A DNA stretch of 64,000 bases from Pseudomonadota bacterium (GCA_038142205.1 JAYQJO010000001.1:973615-1037614), one strand, 5' to 3'; counted from the stretch's first letter, positions 9,563-21,323 are shown. Notes: generated by a model from the sequence alone, not told the origin. Program-made: numbers and translations.

Positions 9563-12372
9563 TTAGACTGACTTATACGACTCTATAAATTGTATAACTT
9601 CTTCTTGCGAAAGAGGTTTGCTTAAAAAATACCCCTGCACTTCATCACAGTCAGTATTCTTAAGGTATTGAAATTGTGATTTTTTTCAACGCCTTCTGCT
9701 ACAACCCCCATATTCATACTATGAGCTAACGCTATTATAGCGCCAACTATGGAAGCAGCATTGTTATCATGCGGAATTTCATCAATAAAACACTTATCAA
9801 TTTTTAAATTATCGGCAGGAATGCTTTGTAAATAGGTCATTGAAGAATAACCTGTGCCAAAATCATCAATACATATTTTAAAACCCAGCTTTTTTAATTC
9901 AGCAAATAACTCTTCCACTTTCACAAAGTCATCGATTGTTACGGACTCTGTAACCTCTAGTTCAATATTTTGTACAGTTACTTTTGTTTCATCCAGAATT
10001 TCATTTAATTTTTTAAGAAAATCAGTATGTTTAAATTGCTCAGCAGAAACATTGATTGCGGTCGTTAGAAAAACACCATTATCTTGCCATGCTTTATTTA
10101 GCGCACAAGCTTCTTTTAAAACCCAATAACCAATGCTTTTTATTAGTCCGCTCTCTTCAGCGACTGGGATAAAGATGCCCGGCGTAATAACCCCCTTTGA
10201 AGGATGATTCCACCTGGCAAGAGCTTCAACACCAATAATTTTATTTTGCACCAAATTTATTTTAGGTTGAAAAACCAGTTCGAATTGATTTTCTTTTAAT
10301 GCATGTCTCAATTCAACTTCCATTTCCATTCTTTTCAAAACTTCACTGTTTTGAATAGGCTGATAAAACTCATAAGCACCAGAAGGTATTGTTTTTGCTT
10401 TATACATTGCTGAGTCAGAATTTTTAAGAAGATCATTAAAATTATTGGCATCTTTAGGAAAAACAGATATCCCTATGCTAGGTGAAATAAAAAACTCACG
10501 ATCATCGATTATGAAAGGCTCAGACATCTTTGAAAGAATGCGATCTGCTAATTGCTCCGCCTTCTCTTCCGCTTCATTTTTAGGGATGTCAGATAATACA
10601 ATAGTATATTCATCTCCACCAAAACGAGAAACCGAGTCATAGGCTCGAACACACGTTAACAACACTTCAGATACTTTTACTAACAATTCATCACCAACTG
10701 CGTGCCCTAATGAATCGTTAATACTTTTAAACCTATCTAAATCAAGAAATAAAACTGCAACACTTAAATCATTGCGTTTAGCACGTACTATTGACTGCTC
10801 TAGTCTATCTTTAAATAAATACCTATTGGGCAGATTAGTTAATGCTTCGAAATGAGCTTGATAACGTAATTTCTTTTCCCATTGCGCATTTGAAATAGCA
10901 ACGGCAGCACGATCTGACACTTCTTTCAAATCTTCAAAGAAGCCATGCTTTTCTTCAAACTCGCTTTTTGCCCCTATAAGAATAACGCCTAACATTCTTT
11001 CTTTGTCATGTATCGGATACGCTAAGAATGAAGTGCACCCCTTACTTTTTGCCAGGCTAAAATATGCTTTATCGCCAGCGTCACTTTTTATAATATCAAC
11101 AACTTGCCCAAGCTCCATATAGTCTTTTTCTTCAACAACCAGATTCGTTTTATTCATTTTTTTGTGCTGAGCATCTTCGAAATAGTACATTAGTCCTATA
11201 CGACTTAAGTCATTATTGAAGATCAATAGTGCGAAACTGTTGCCAGGTAGAATATTTGGCATATATTCAAGCAGTACTTCTGAAATATATTCAACGTCAG
11301 ACGCAGAGAGAATTAATCTATCAATCTTTGATAATGTATTGATTTTTAAAAACTGGACTTCAATCTGACTAGACATTTTGTTAAACGTTTTAGCCAGTGT
11401 TTGAAACTCATTATTGCTTTCAATTTCTATTTTGACGCCATAGTTGCCGGCCATAAGACTCTTTACGCCTTTAGTCAGCTTTTGTAATGGAACTAATGAT
11501 CGTCGCATTTGAACACTACTTAACAAATACACTATTAATAATGTAATCAATAATGATTTAGGAAAAACATTTTTATAAAAGTCATAACTAAAAAAAGCTT
11601 CGTTTTTTCCTATAAAATAGAGAATCGAAAAGCTTTCTACACCATATTGCGGCTCTAAAAACAAATCCCAGATATTACCAGCGTATTCTTTTTGGTTAAT
11701 TGAAATAGAATACGGTTCGTCTTTTGCGTTGTTTTTAAAATCTATAAGTTTTCCTGCTTCATCAAAAGCATTTTTATTTATGTCATTTTTACCATCAGAA
11801 CAAAACACCAATTTTGTTTTATCAATAACCACACAAAAGACATCATTGCCATTTACGTAAATAGACCAAAAATACGAAAGATTTACATTCCCGACAATAT
11901 ACTTATCTTCTTCAGCATTAATAGACACTAAAACCAATGGATAAAACCCTTTGTCTTTATTAACAATTGTTAATAAACCTTTACCTTTTAGATGTTTTTT
12001 TTGTTTTTCTGTTAAATCAATTTCAAAGGTATCTTGACCTAGAATAATTTTACCAGGCTTTCCTTTTTCGAGAATATAAATGCTGTCAAACATTTTTGTC
12101 AGCCAGTAATATTTATCTAAATCGGCTTTATTCATTATGTGCTGGCTTGTAAAAAATAAATTGCTTTCAATATTTAACAACCGATCAAACAATGTCAGCC
12201 CAACTGCACGGCTTTCAGAATAGATTTGCCGATTAGCATTTTTGTTTAACAAATCAGAAACAGACGTGTAAGCGAAATAACTTAAAACGATGACAGGTAC
12301 AACAGCAGAAATAAAATACTGAAGAAAAATCTCTCGAGAAAAAGTGACTTTTGATCTTTTAAAAAGAGACAA
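9563..12372 (-). CDS. Membrane-bound HAMP-GAF-GGDEF-EAL diguanylate cyclase/phosphodiesterase (frameshift at T7 9680-9686)
   Basis: Two TM helices around a periplasmic domain, HAMP, RFGGDEY with RxxD (RAYD), EAL, DDFGTGYSS; shifted frame gives CDEVQGYFLSKP ending at TAA 9563. Confidence 0.9.
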
Positions 12373-12374
12373 AA

Positions 12375-12845
12375 CTAATATTCCGTTGCCAGTCCGACAA
12401 AACTTCCGTTTCGGCCGCGAACTATATCGTCTTGACTTGTTGACGCAGTTAATGGACTAGCAGACTTACCGTCAGGCCCCATACTATACAAATCATAATC
12501 AGAATTAATGGGGACCAAGTTTTTATCTTTTCGTTTTTTTCCATTACCTTTAGCTTTGTCCATATTCAAATATTGATAAGGGTTCCCCCATTCATCCAGT
12601 GGCGCCTCACCAAATACTTCCTCAAGTGAATCGGGGTAACGACCATTTTCTTTATAAAAATTGTCAATATCAGCTTGTATTTCTTTCATAGCCTGTGTGG
12701 CAGTTGTGATTTTTGCTGATTCAACCATTTTTAATGCTGCAGGTGAAAACGTCATAAAAAATAAACTGACTATTATTACTACAACAGCAATTTCAATAGT
12801 AGTAAAAGCTTTATTTTTCTTTATATTAATTTCTTTATTATTCAA
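12375..12845 (-). CDS. Prepilin-type N-methylation domain protein (GspG-like pseudopilin)
   Basis: KKNKA|FTTIEIAVVVII class III signal with Glu5; GRYP, DEWGNPY, YDLYSMGPDG. Confidence 0.85.
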   Translation of the reverse strand: MNNKEINIKKNKAFTTIEIAVVVIIVSLFFMTFSPAALKMVESAKITTATQAMKEIQADIDNFYKENGRYPDSLEEVFGEAPLDEWGNPYQYLNMDKAKGNGKKRKDKNLVPINSDYDLYSMGPDGKSASPLTASTSQDDIVRGRNGSFVGLATEY

Positions 12846-12987
12846 TGGCTTAATAAAATACTTGTTTGTGATTAGCTATAACACTAATCTAATAAATTAG
12901 ATCAATTAGCTTTATCATTATAGGTTAATCGTTAAATAACGGTAATTAATTTATCATATAAATCAATGTTTTAACTAATAGTTTCCA

Positions 12988-14103
12988 ATGCTTAAAAACA
13001 ACAGTCCTAAAAATACAGAAAGACGGAATTATTATCGAACGCTTAATGTTCAGCCTGATGCTTCTTTAGAAATTATTAAAAATAATTATCGGACACTGTT
13101 GCAAAAATTAAAAATGCATCCAGATTTGGGCGGGGAAAACTGGAATGCGACAGTTATTAATGAAGCTTATAACACCTTGCGCGATCCGCTAAAACGGGCT
13201 GCTTATGATAAAAAATTATTAGAAAGTTATAACTTAAAGTCGCTGGCGCGTGGCAATCTTGATAACAATACCAATACTCAACAAACGAATTCATTCGACG
13301 GCAAAGACAAGCATGGTAACCAACGAAACTTCTACCGTATGTTTCATATACAACCAGATTCGCCGCAACATATTATAAAGACGAGTTACTTAACCTTATC
13401 GAAAGATCCTGATACGCCGAAAGAATTGTTAAACGAAGCCTATACCATACTAAGCAACCCGGAAAAGCGAGCTATCTATGACAAGCTATTGTCACAACGC
13501 AGTCATACTTATGCTGTAAACAAATTAACGAACAAACAATCTAACGAATCACATCGCGTTAAAAGTAAAACCGTCACCGTTAAAACAGAGCAATCAAGCA
13601 ATCTAAATAAAGTGGCGTTAAACACTGCTTATGGCATTCAGAAAAACAATTACTACAACCCGGTCATTACGCAGTATTGTACATTTTGTAAAACACCACA
13701 TAACCAAAGCCCGTGTAGAGATACCGCGCCTTTGTGTAATGATTGCAGTAGCCCTTTGTTTCCACCGCCAATTGAATTACTTGAACAAAACAGGCGCGAC
13801 ATCGTTCGCTTAAACCAAAACAGTGTGATTAATTATTACACACACTGGCCGCAAGAAAAACAATCAGGCTTAATCTCGGATATTTCGCCAACAGGCATAC
13901 AACTAAATACTTTTATTTCTTTAAGCAAGGATCAAATTATTAAACTTGATGGCAAGAACTTTAAAGCAGTAGGCGTTGTTTGTTATCAAAATAAGAATGA
14001 AGATAAAGAAACTCAGGAAATCCACTTCTACACAAGCGGCATTCAATTTCTAACGGTTAACTTCAACAAGAGTAAAGGCCAGTTTTTTTCAGGCTCTGCA
14101 TAA
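12988..14103 (+). CDS. Tandem J-domain, Cys-rich, C-terminal PilZ-like protein
   Basis: J1 NYYRTL..HPD..INEAY..R.AYD; J2 NFYRMF..LNEAY..RAIYD without HPD; CTFC/CNDC; RRDIVR and DISPTG PilZ motifs. Confidence 0.8.
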   Translation: MLKNNSPKNTERRNYYRTLNVQPDASLEIIKNNYRTLLQKLKMHPDLGGENWNATVINEAYNTLRDPLKRAAYDKKLLESYNLKSLARGNLDNNTNTQQTNSFDGKDKHGNQRNFYRMFHIQPDSPQHIIKTSYLTLSKDPDTPKELLNEAYTILSNPEKRAIYDKLLSQRSHTYAVNKLTNKQSNESHRVKSKTVTVKTEQSSNLNKVALNTAYGIQKNNYYNPVITQYCTFCKTPHNQSPCRDTAPLCNDCSSPLFPPPIELLEQNRRDIVRLNQNSVINYYTHWPQEKQSGLISDISPTGIQLNTFISLSKDQIIKLDGKNFKAVGVVCYQNKNEDKETQEIHFYTSGIQFLTVNFNKSKGQFFSGSA

Positions 14104-14117
14104 TCTTTGCTTTTTTT

Positions 14118-14134
14118 TGAACTAATATAGTGCA
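14118..14134. promoter_or_regulatory. Possible NtrC-type operator
   Basis: TGAACTAATATAGTGCA versus TGCAC-N7-GTGCA (1 mismatch); no sigma54 site seen downstream. Confidence 0.35.
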
Positions 14135-14279
14135 TTCTACTGATCACGTTGTGCTATTAAAATAATAATAGTACTAATCATTTAAAGTAAATAAGTTTTC
14201 TTATTAGATCGCATCTTAATTTAAAGACTAATCCTGTAATTTATGTTTGAATACTATAAATTATTATTAGATATTGTCG

Positions 14280-15725
14280 ATGAACTTTAAGAATTACAAG
14301 GTAGACGGCTTATACGATGAATTACTTACATCCCGTCTTCAAGCACGCTCCAGTACAGGTCGCTTGTTAAAACACCTGAAAAGCCTCAGTAAAGATGAAA
14401 TAAAAAAGCGTAAGCACGCAGCTGAACTTGCTATCAAAACAATGGGGATCACTTTCACTATTTATAGTGAAGGCGAAAACATTGATCGCGAATGGCCTTA
14501 CGATATCATTCCACGCATTATTCCTTCACGCGAATGGATACGAATAGAACAAGGTTTGCAACAGCGTATGATCGCTATCAATCAATTCATTGATGATATC
14601 TACAACAATCAAAACATTATTAAAGATAAGATCATTCCGAAAGAAGTATTAAAAGGTTCAAAAAACTTTCGTAAGGAATGCGTTGGCATGAAACCGGTAT
14701 TCGGCGCATGGGCACATATTTGCGGCAGTGATTTAATTCGCGACAACGATGGCACAATCTATGTTCTAGAAGATAACTTACGCGTCCCTTCCGGTGTTTC
14801 CTATATGCTGGAAAACCGAAAAGTAACCAAACGTGTTTTTCCTGAATTATTCGAAGACTACAACATCGTGCCATTAGGCGAATACCCGACTAACCTGTTC
14901 GATACACTAAGTTCGATATCGCCTCGCCCTATGGATTACCCGGAGGTCGTTGTTTTAACACCAGGTATTTATAACTCGGCTTATTTTGAACATGCATTTC
15001 TGGCACAACAAATGGGTGCAGAGCTGGTAGAAGGTTCTGATTTAGTTGTTGCCGATGATGATTGTGTTTACATGAAAACTACAAATGGCTTATCGCGTGT
15101 CGATGTTATTTATCGTCGTATAGACGATCTATTTCTCGATCCAGAAGTCTTCAATAAAAATTCTGCGCTTGGTGTACCCGGTTTAATGCGCGCATGGAAA
15201 AAAGGCAATGTTGCATTAGCGAATGCACCTGGCGCAGGTGTTGCAGATGATAAAGTTGTTTATACCTACGTCCCGGATATGATTAAATATTATCTTGATC
15301 AAGACCCGATTATTCCTAACGTACCCAGTTACTCTTCTGATAAAGAAAAAGAACTGAAACACGTATTAGCGAATATTGCTGATCTGGTCGTCAAACAGGC
15401 AAATGAATCTGGTGGCTATGGCATGTTAGTTGGGCCACATTCTACAAAAAAAGAACAACAAGAAATGGCAAAACTGGTTAAAGCCAACCCACGAAACTAT
15501 ATTGCGCAACCAGTTATTACGCTTTCAACGGTGCCGACTATTTGTGATAACACGATAGAACCAAGGCATGTTGACTTACGACCTTTTACCTTGCAAAGCG
15601 ATCGTACTCTCGTCACAGCAGGTGGTTTAACACGTGTTGCAATGGAAAGAGGCTCCCTGATTGTAAACTCTTCTCAGGGCGGTGGCAGTAAAGACACCTG
15701 GGTTATTTCTCCGGATAAGGATTAG
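14280..15725 (+). CDS. Circularly permuted type 2 ATP-grasp protein (DUF404/407)
   Basis: VLEDNLRVPSGVSY, YNSAYFEH, YRRIDD, ESGGYGM, HVDLRPF, VNSSQGGGSKDTW. Confidence 0.93.
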   Translation: MNFKNYKVDGLYDELLTSRLQARSSTGRLLKHLKSLSKDEIKKRKHAAELAIKTMGITFTIYSEGENIDREWPYDIIPRIIPSREWIRIEQGLQQRMIAINQFIDDIYNNQNIIKDKIIPKEVLKGSKNFRKECVGMKPVFGAWAHICGSDLIRDNDGTIYVLEDNLRVPSGVSYMLENRKVTKRVFPELFEDYNIVPLGEYPTNLFDTLSSISPRPMDYPEVVVLTPGIYNSAYFEHAFLAQQMGAELVEGSDLVVADDDCVYMKTTNGLSRVDVIYRRIDDLFLDPEVFNKNSALGVPGLMRAWKKGNVALANAPGAGVADDKVVYTYVPDMIKYYLDQDPIIPNVPSYSSDKEKELKHVLANIADLVVKQANESGGYGMLVGPHSTKKEQQEMAKLVKANPRNYIAQPVITLSTVPTICDNTIEPRHVDLRPFTLQSDRTLVTAGGLTRVAMERGSLIVNSSQGGGSKDTWVISPDKD

Positions 15726-15727
15726 AT

Positions 15728-16681
15728 ATGTTATCTCGCGTAGCTGAAAGAATGTACTGGTTTGGGCGCTATATGGAACGTATCGAAAACACGGCGCATT
15801 TAATCAATATCAATTCTGAGTTATTACTCGATCTACCAAAAGTGAACAAAGTCATCTGGAGTGGCTTAATCGATATAACAGGAACAAATGAATCCTTTTA
15901 TGAAAAGCACACTAATGCAGATGAACGTAATGTCATACGTTTCATGCTAGCGAATGAGAAAAACCCAAGTTCTATTCTTTCTGCCACCAGAATGGTCAAG
16001 GAAAACGCTCGAATCACACGCGAGATTATGCCAAGCGAAGCATGGGAACAAATTAATGAATTTAATATATACGTCAAACAAAATGTAGATAACGCGTTAA
16101 AACGCGATAATCGTCATGAGTTTCTTGATGATGTTGTGCATTACTGCCATCAAACAACTGGATTACTATTGAGTAATATGAGCCATGGCACAGCATATAA
16201 CTTTATACGTATAGGTCGTAATGTCGAACGTGCTGATATGACAACGCGTATTACCGATATAGGTTGTATGGCTTTACTTAGCGGTCACGATGATATTCCG
16301 GAAGCGTATGACAATATCTTGTGGATGCATGTGTTACGCTCACTTAATGCTTATCAAATGTATCGCCAACACGTACATGATCGAGTTAATGGCGAAGACG
16401 TTGTCGACTTTTTAATGCGTGACATAGAATTCCCACGTGCAATTGCACATTGTCTTGAAGGTTTAAGTTTCTGCATACAAAAACTACCTCACAACGATCA
16501 TGCTTTGCGAATTATTTCTCGCGTACAAAGATTGATCAATGAAATGGACTCTTCAAAGTTAATCGAATCACAATTACATGAGTTCATCGATGAACTGCAA
16601 ATTGATCTGGCAGAAATCCACAGGCAAGTAAGTAATACCTGGTTTGATTATTCCGATCTCGTATCAGAGCAGGAACAATAA
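15728..16681 (+). CDS. Alpha-E domain protein (DUF403)
   Basis: MLSRVAERMYWFGRYMERIEN and second GRNVERAD ER motif; follows the ATP-grasp gene. Confidence 0.92.
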   Translation: MLSRVAERMYWFGRYMERIENTAHLININSELLLDLPKVNKVIWSGLIDITGTNESFYEKHTNADERNVIRFMLANEKNPSSILSATRMVKENARITREIMPSEAWEQINEFNIYVKQNVDNALKRDNRHEFLDDVVHYCHQTTGLLLSNMSHGTAYNFIRIGRNVERADMTTRITDIGCMALLSGHDDIPEAYDNILWMHVLRSLNAYQMYRQHVHDRVNGEDVVDFLMRDIEFPRAIAHCLEGLSFCIQKLPHNDHALRIISRVQRLINEMDSSKLIESQLHEFIDELQIDLAEIHRQVSNTWFDYSDLVSEQEQ

Positions 16682-16690
16682 GCCTTATCG

Positions 16691-19600
16691 TTAAATATAA
16701 GACGGTCTTCTCAGATCCAGACTGTAAGGCTGTTCAGCAGGCGGCGATTCCTGAGAAACCTGCAAAATTCCTTGAGTATGCCCCATTGGTAAGAAGCGAT
16801 TATTTCTTCTAGATTCAGCTTCGCTGGCATTAATGGGAAAAGATTCGTAGCTAAGCCCGCCCGGGTGCGATACATGATAAGTACAACCGGCTATTGAACG
16901 TTGATTAGCCGTATCAACAATATCAAACACCAATGGCGTCTGAATATGTATCGTAGGATGTAATGCCGAATAAGGGTCCCATGCTTTATAGCGACCGCCG
17001 GCAACATAACTGCCTCGAATACCTGTCGGTCTTAATGGCACTTTACGGCCATTACAAGTGACGATATAGCGATCGCCTGCCATACCATTAATACTCACTT
17101 GTAATCGCTCTACAGAAGAATCGACATAACGAGACGTACCCTGCCCTGAACTCTCTTCTCCTAATACATGCCACGGTTCAAGAGCGGAATGTAAATCCAG
17201 TTGCATGCTATTGGTAAATAACGTACCAATATGTGGAAAACGAAATTCTTTAAACGGTGCAAACCATTCTATTTCAAAGTTGTAACCGGCTTCACGTTGA
17301 TCATCAATCACCTGTTTAAAGTCTTCCCAGATGTAATGCGACAACATGAAGCGATCATGTAATTCAGTACCCCAACGTACTAGTGGTTTCTTATAAGGCT
17401 CACGCCAGAAGCGCGCAACCAGACTTCGAATTAACAAAACCTGCAATAAGCTCATACGCTCATGTGGTGGCATTTCGAAACCACGAAATTCAACAATACC
17501 TTTACGACCACTCGCACTGTCGGGCGAATAAAGTTTATCAATGCAAAATTCTGCACGATGTGTATTACCAGTTAAATCAGTCAGAAAGTTTCTCAATACA
17601 CGATCAACTAACCACGGTTGATGCCAATCACCATCCGGCAATTCACTCATGGCAATTTCTAGTTCGTATAAATTATCATCACGCGCTTCATCTATTCTCG
17701 GCGCTTGACTGGTCGGACCAATGAACATGCCTGAAAATAAATAAGATAGCGATGGATGATGTTGCCAATAGGTAATTAAGCTGCGCAACAGATCGGGGCG
17801 TCTTAAAAATGGACTGTCTGCTGGCGTTACCCCACCGAGCGTTATGTGATTACCACCGCATGTACCTGTATGCTTTCCATCGAGCATAAACTTTTCAGTA
17901 CCTAATCGTGTCTGCCGTGCTTGGTCATAAATCGTTTCGGTATTTTTAACTAATTCTTTCCAATTACTTGCAGGATGAATATTAACTTCAATCACACCCG
18001 GATCAGGCGTGACTTGTAACATCTGTATACGTGGATCCCATGGCGGTGTATAGCCTTCGAGAACAACTGGTAATTTTAATGCACTGGCTGTTTCTTCTAT
18101 GTAATGAATTAACTCAAGATAATCCTCAATGAGAGATATAGGTGGCATAAAGATATAAAGACAGCCTTCCCGTACTTCAACACATAAAGCGGTGTGAACA
18201 ACTTCGCGATCAGGCTCATCAACATCATTCGTTTTGTTTTCAGAAACTTTAACGCCAGATATAGGATCATTAACGGATATCTTTTTGTCTTCTTCCGCCT
18301 CTTCAGCCAGGTTTTTAGCGACAGCATCAGGATGTAGACGAACAACCTTATCTGAATTCTTCCCATCAACTTTCTTTTTAAGTGTTTTGGCTAATTCAGG
18401 CAATGAACTCTCTTCTTCAAATGGATCACGCTCAGGTGTGACCTCAACATCTTCAGGCAACGTCCACGGCAATGATTCCAGAGGCAAACGATAACCCATA
18501 GACGAATCACCCGGTGTTAATAGCATATGATCACCACGTATAGGCCAAACGCTACTTTTCCAAAATCTTTTATCACTCTCTTCTTTATGTTTTAAAGGCA
18601 AAATGTATCCGGTCACATTATTTAAGCCAATTTTAAATTTCTTTTGTAACCGCGCGCGTTCTAAAGGATCTTTTAACTTATTGTTTTCAGGTTGCACACC
18701 TTTAGGCAGCTTTCCTTCTTTCCATAAGTAATAACCTGTATCTTCATAAGCCGGAATTATATAGTCCGGTCTGAGCTTAAGTTTGTTTGCTAAAGTTTTT
18801 ATAAAACTGGACGCTTCTTTATCACCAAACTTATAGTTCTTGTTTTCATCGGCTAACCACTGATAATCATGCCAGATAGCTTTGCCGTCTTTACGCCAGA
18901 ACATAGACAACGCCCAACGGGGTAAAGGCTCACCCGGATACCATTTTCCTTGTCCGTAATGCAGCATTGCACCTGGTGCAAATTTTTCTTTAAGTTTTAA
19001 AAATAACTTGCCTGCCAATTCACGTTTCTTATCGCCCAATGCCGCATCATTCCATTCTGCCCCTTCCATATCATCAATAGAAACAAATGTCGGTTCACCA
19101 CCAACCGTTAAACGCACATCACTTTTCTCAAGATCTAAATCTGTTTTTTCACCTAACGCTAAAATACTTTTCCATTGCGCATCGGTATAAGGTTTTGTAA
19201 CACGCGGATCTTCATGAATACGAAATACCTGGTTCGAATGGGTAAATTCAACTTCACATGGATCCATCGCGCCGGTGATAGGCGCAGCACTAACAGGATC
19301 AGGTGTGCACGCTAAAGGAATATGCCCTTCACTGACAAACATACCCGAAGTTGGATCAAGACCAACCCAACCTGCTCCTGGCAAATACACTTCTGCCCAG
19401 GCATGCAAATCAGTAAAATCCTTTTCAGGCCCTGATGGTCCATCAAGTGGTTTCATGTCAGCGGTTAATTGCACCAGATAACCGGAAACAAAACGCGATG
19501 CCAATCCTAAGTGTCGAAGTATTTGCACTAATAACCAGGCAGTATCGCGACAAGAACCTTTTTGTATCGTCAATGTTTCTTCACATGTTTGCACACCCGG

Positions 19601-20088
19601 TTCCATTCGGATGTTATAACCAATGTCCTTTTGTAAGCGCGTGTTTATATCAACAAGAAAGTCAATCGTTCTTCTTTTTTAAGATCAACTTCACTGAGCC
19701 ATTTTTTTAATTTTAGACCGTGCTCATTCAACTCAAGATAAGGAATCAAATCTTCTGCAAGTTGGTCATTATATTTAAATGGAAACTCTTCACCTTCTTC
19801 TTCCAGAAAAAAATCAAACGGATTAATGACTGTCATTTCTGCAACTACTTCGACATGAACTTTTAGCGTTCTTGTTTTCTCTGGAAAAACCAAACGGGCT
19901 AAATAATTACCATAAGGATCCTGTTGCCAGTTAATAAAATGCTTTTTTGGCTCAATATTTAAGGAATAAGAATGTATTGGAGTGCGCGAATGTGGTGCAG
20001 GGCGTAACCTAATTACGTGCGGCGCAAGTGATATTAACTTATCGAAGTGATATTCAGTGTTATGTTTTAGTGCAACTCGGATTGCCAT
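16691..20088 (-). CDS. Transglutaminase-like + DUF2126 putative amidoligase fusion (frameshift at T6 19675-19680)
   Basis: N-terminal RLRPAPHSRT/NWQQDP; triad GSCRD, DLHAW, GLDPT; GGEPTFVS, GGNH, NTHRAEFCIDK; restoring one A joins the two ORFs (..KRRTIDFLV..IRMEPG). Confidence 0.9.
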
Positions 20089-20195
20089 GAAAAACTCTCT
20101 AATAAATAAGGATTAAGCTACACGTTTTGATAACGTACGGCAAATATTAGACAGGAAACAAATATTACTTTTATATTTAAAAAATAATATTTCGA

Positions 20196-21005
20196 TTATT
20201 GATGCTGTGGATTCTGTGGCTGATATTGTTGTTGTTGCTCTGACGATTCGTTTGAGTCTTCATCATCAGGTTTATCCCAATTACTGCTCCAGGCAACAGG
20301 TGGTAAGTTTTTAAATGCTTCTTTAAGTGATTTATCCCAGGCTTTCGTTAAACCTCTTAGATACTCACTGTCTTCATCAAAACGATAATAACGTCCCGGT
20401 TGGAAGCTATCATTATCATAAATTCGTAATTCAATCGGTGGCCCTACCGTTAAGTTACTACGCATGGTGGAATCCATAGAAACTAATGAACACATCGCAG
20501 CTGTTTCAATACTGGAGTCACGCGAGATGATGCGATCAAGAATCGGCTTACCGTAACTACTCTCACCGATTTGCAAATACGGCGTGTCGTTTGAAGTCGT
20601 AATGTAATTTCCTTGTGGATAAACCATATAACATGCTGGTTGATGGCCTCTAACCTGACCGCCAATAATAAAACTTGATTCAAAGCTGGTTGTACCTCCA
20701 ACGTCACTGTTTTTTTCCTGCTGCGCACGGCTAACATTGCCAACATACTCAGCAGCGTCAATGACATTTTCGGTGTTTAATAAATTCTCTGCTGCACCAT
20801 GTTTTATATCGCGTTTAATTTGAGCAATAACTGCTTGTGATGTGGCCAGATTACCCGAGCTCATCACAACAAACTGACGTTCACCAGGAATGCCAAGATT
20901 ATACATTTTGCTATAGGTGCTGACGTTATTGACACCCGCATTGGTACGTGAATCAGAAACAAACACAATTCCGTCTTTTAATGCTGTAGCAACACAATAA
21001 GTCAT
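20196..21005 (-). CDS. Anbu proteasome-type Ntn protease
   Basis: MTYCV (Thr1), SDSRTNAG, SGNLATSQ, QIGESSYGKPILDR, SMDSTMRSNLTVGPP. Confidence 0.93.
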   Translation of the reverse strand: MTYCVATALKDGIVFVSDSRTNAGVNNVSTYSKMYNLGIPGERQFVVMSSGNLATSQAVIAQIKRDIKHGAAENLLNTENVIDAAEYVGNVSRAQQEKNSDVGGTTSFESSFIIGGQVRGHQPACYMVYPQGNYITTSNDTPYLQIGESSYGKPILDRIISRDSSIETAAMCSLVSMDSTMRSNLTVGPPIELRIYDNDSFQPGRYYRFDEDSEYLRGLTKAWDKSLKEAFKNLPPVAWSSNWDKPDDEDSNESSEQQQQYQPQNPQHQ

Positions 21006-21323
21006 AATGAGAAAGTATTTATATCTTTGGATTGATGAATCTATAAAGAAGATTATTAATCAATTGGAGATAAGGTCAAGGTTGACAAAAAAATAAATAA
21101 GAGAAACCAGATTAACATACATGACTATTTTGTTAAATAACAATATATTAGATACTATTTCTAATATTAAAAATAGTATTTTTACATTAATTTAATAGAG
21201 TGCTTTAGAACCAGCTATTTTTACCTTTGCAACATAAAGACAACCTACGGTCGATTACTTTCAGGATTCAACATAGCAAACACCAATTTGGTTCTCATAG
21301 CAAAACATCTATTTTAAACCCAT

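Noticed and set aside
19670-19685. Programmed ribosomal frameshifting at A-runs
   Set aside because: The same lesion type occurs in many unrelated genes with no stimulatory structure seen; assembly error is more parsimonious
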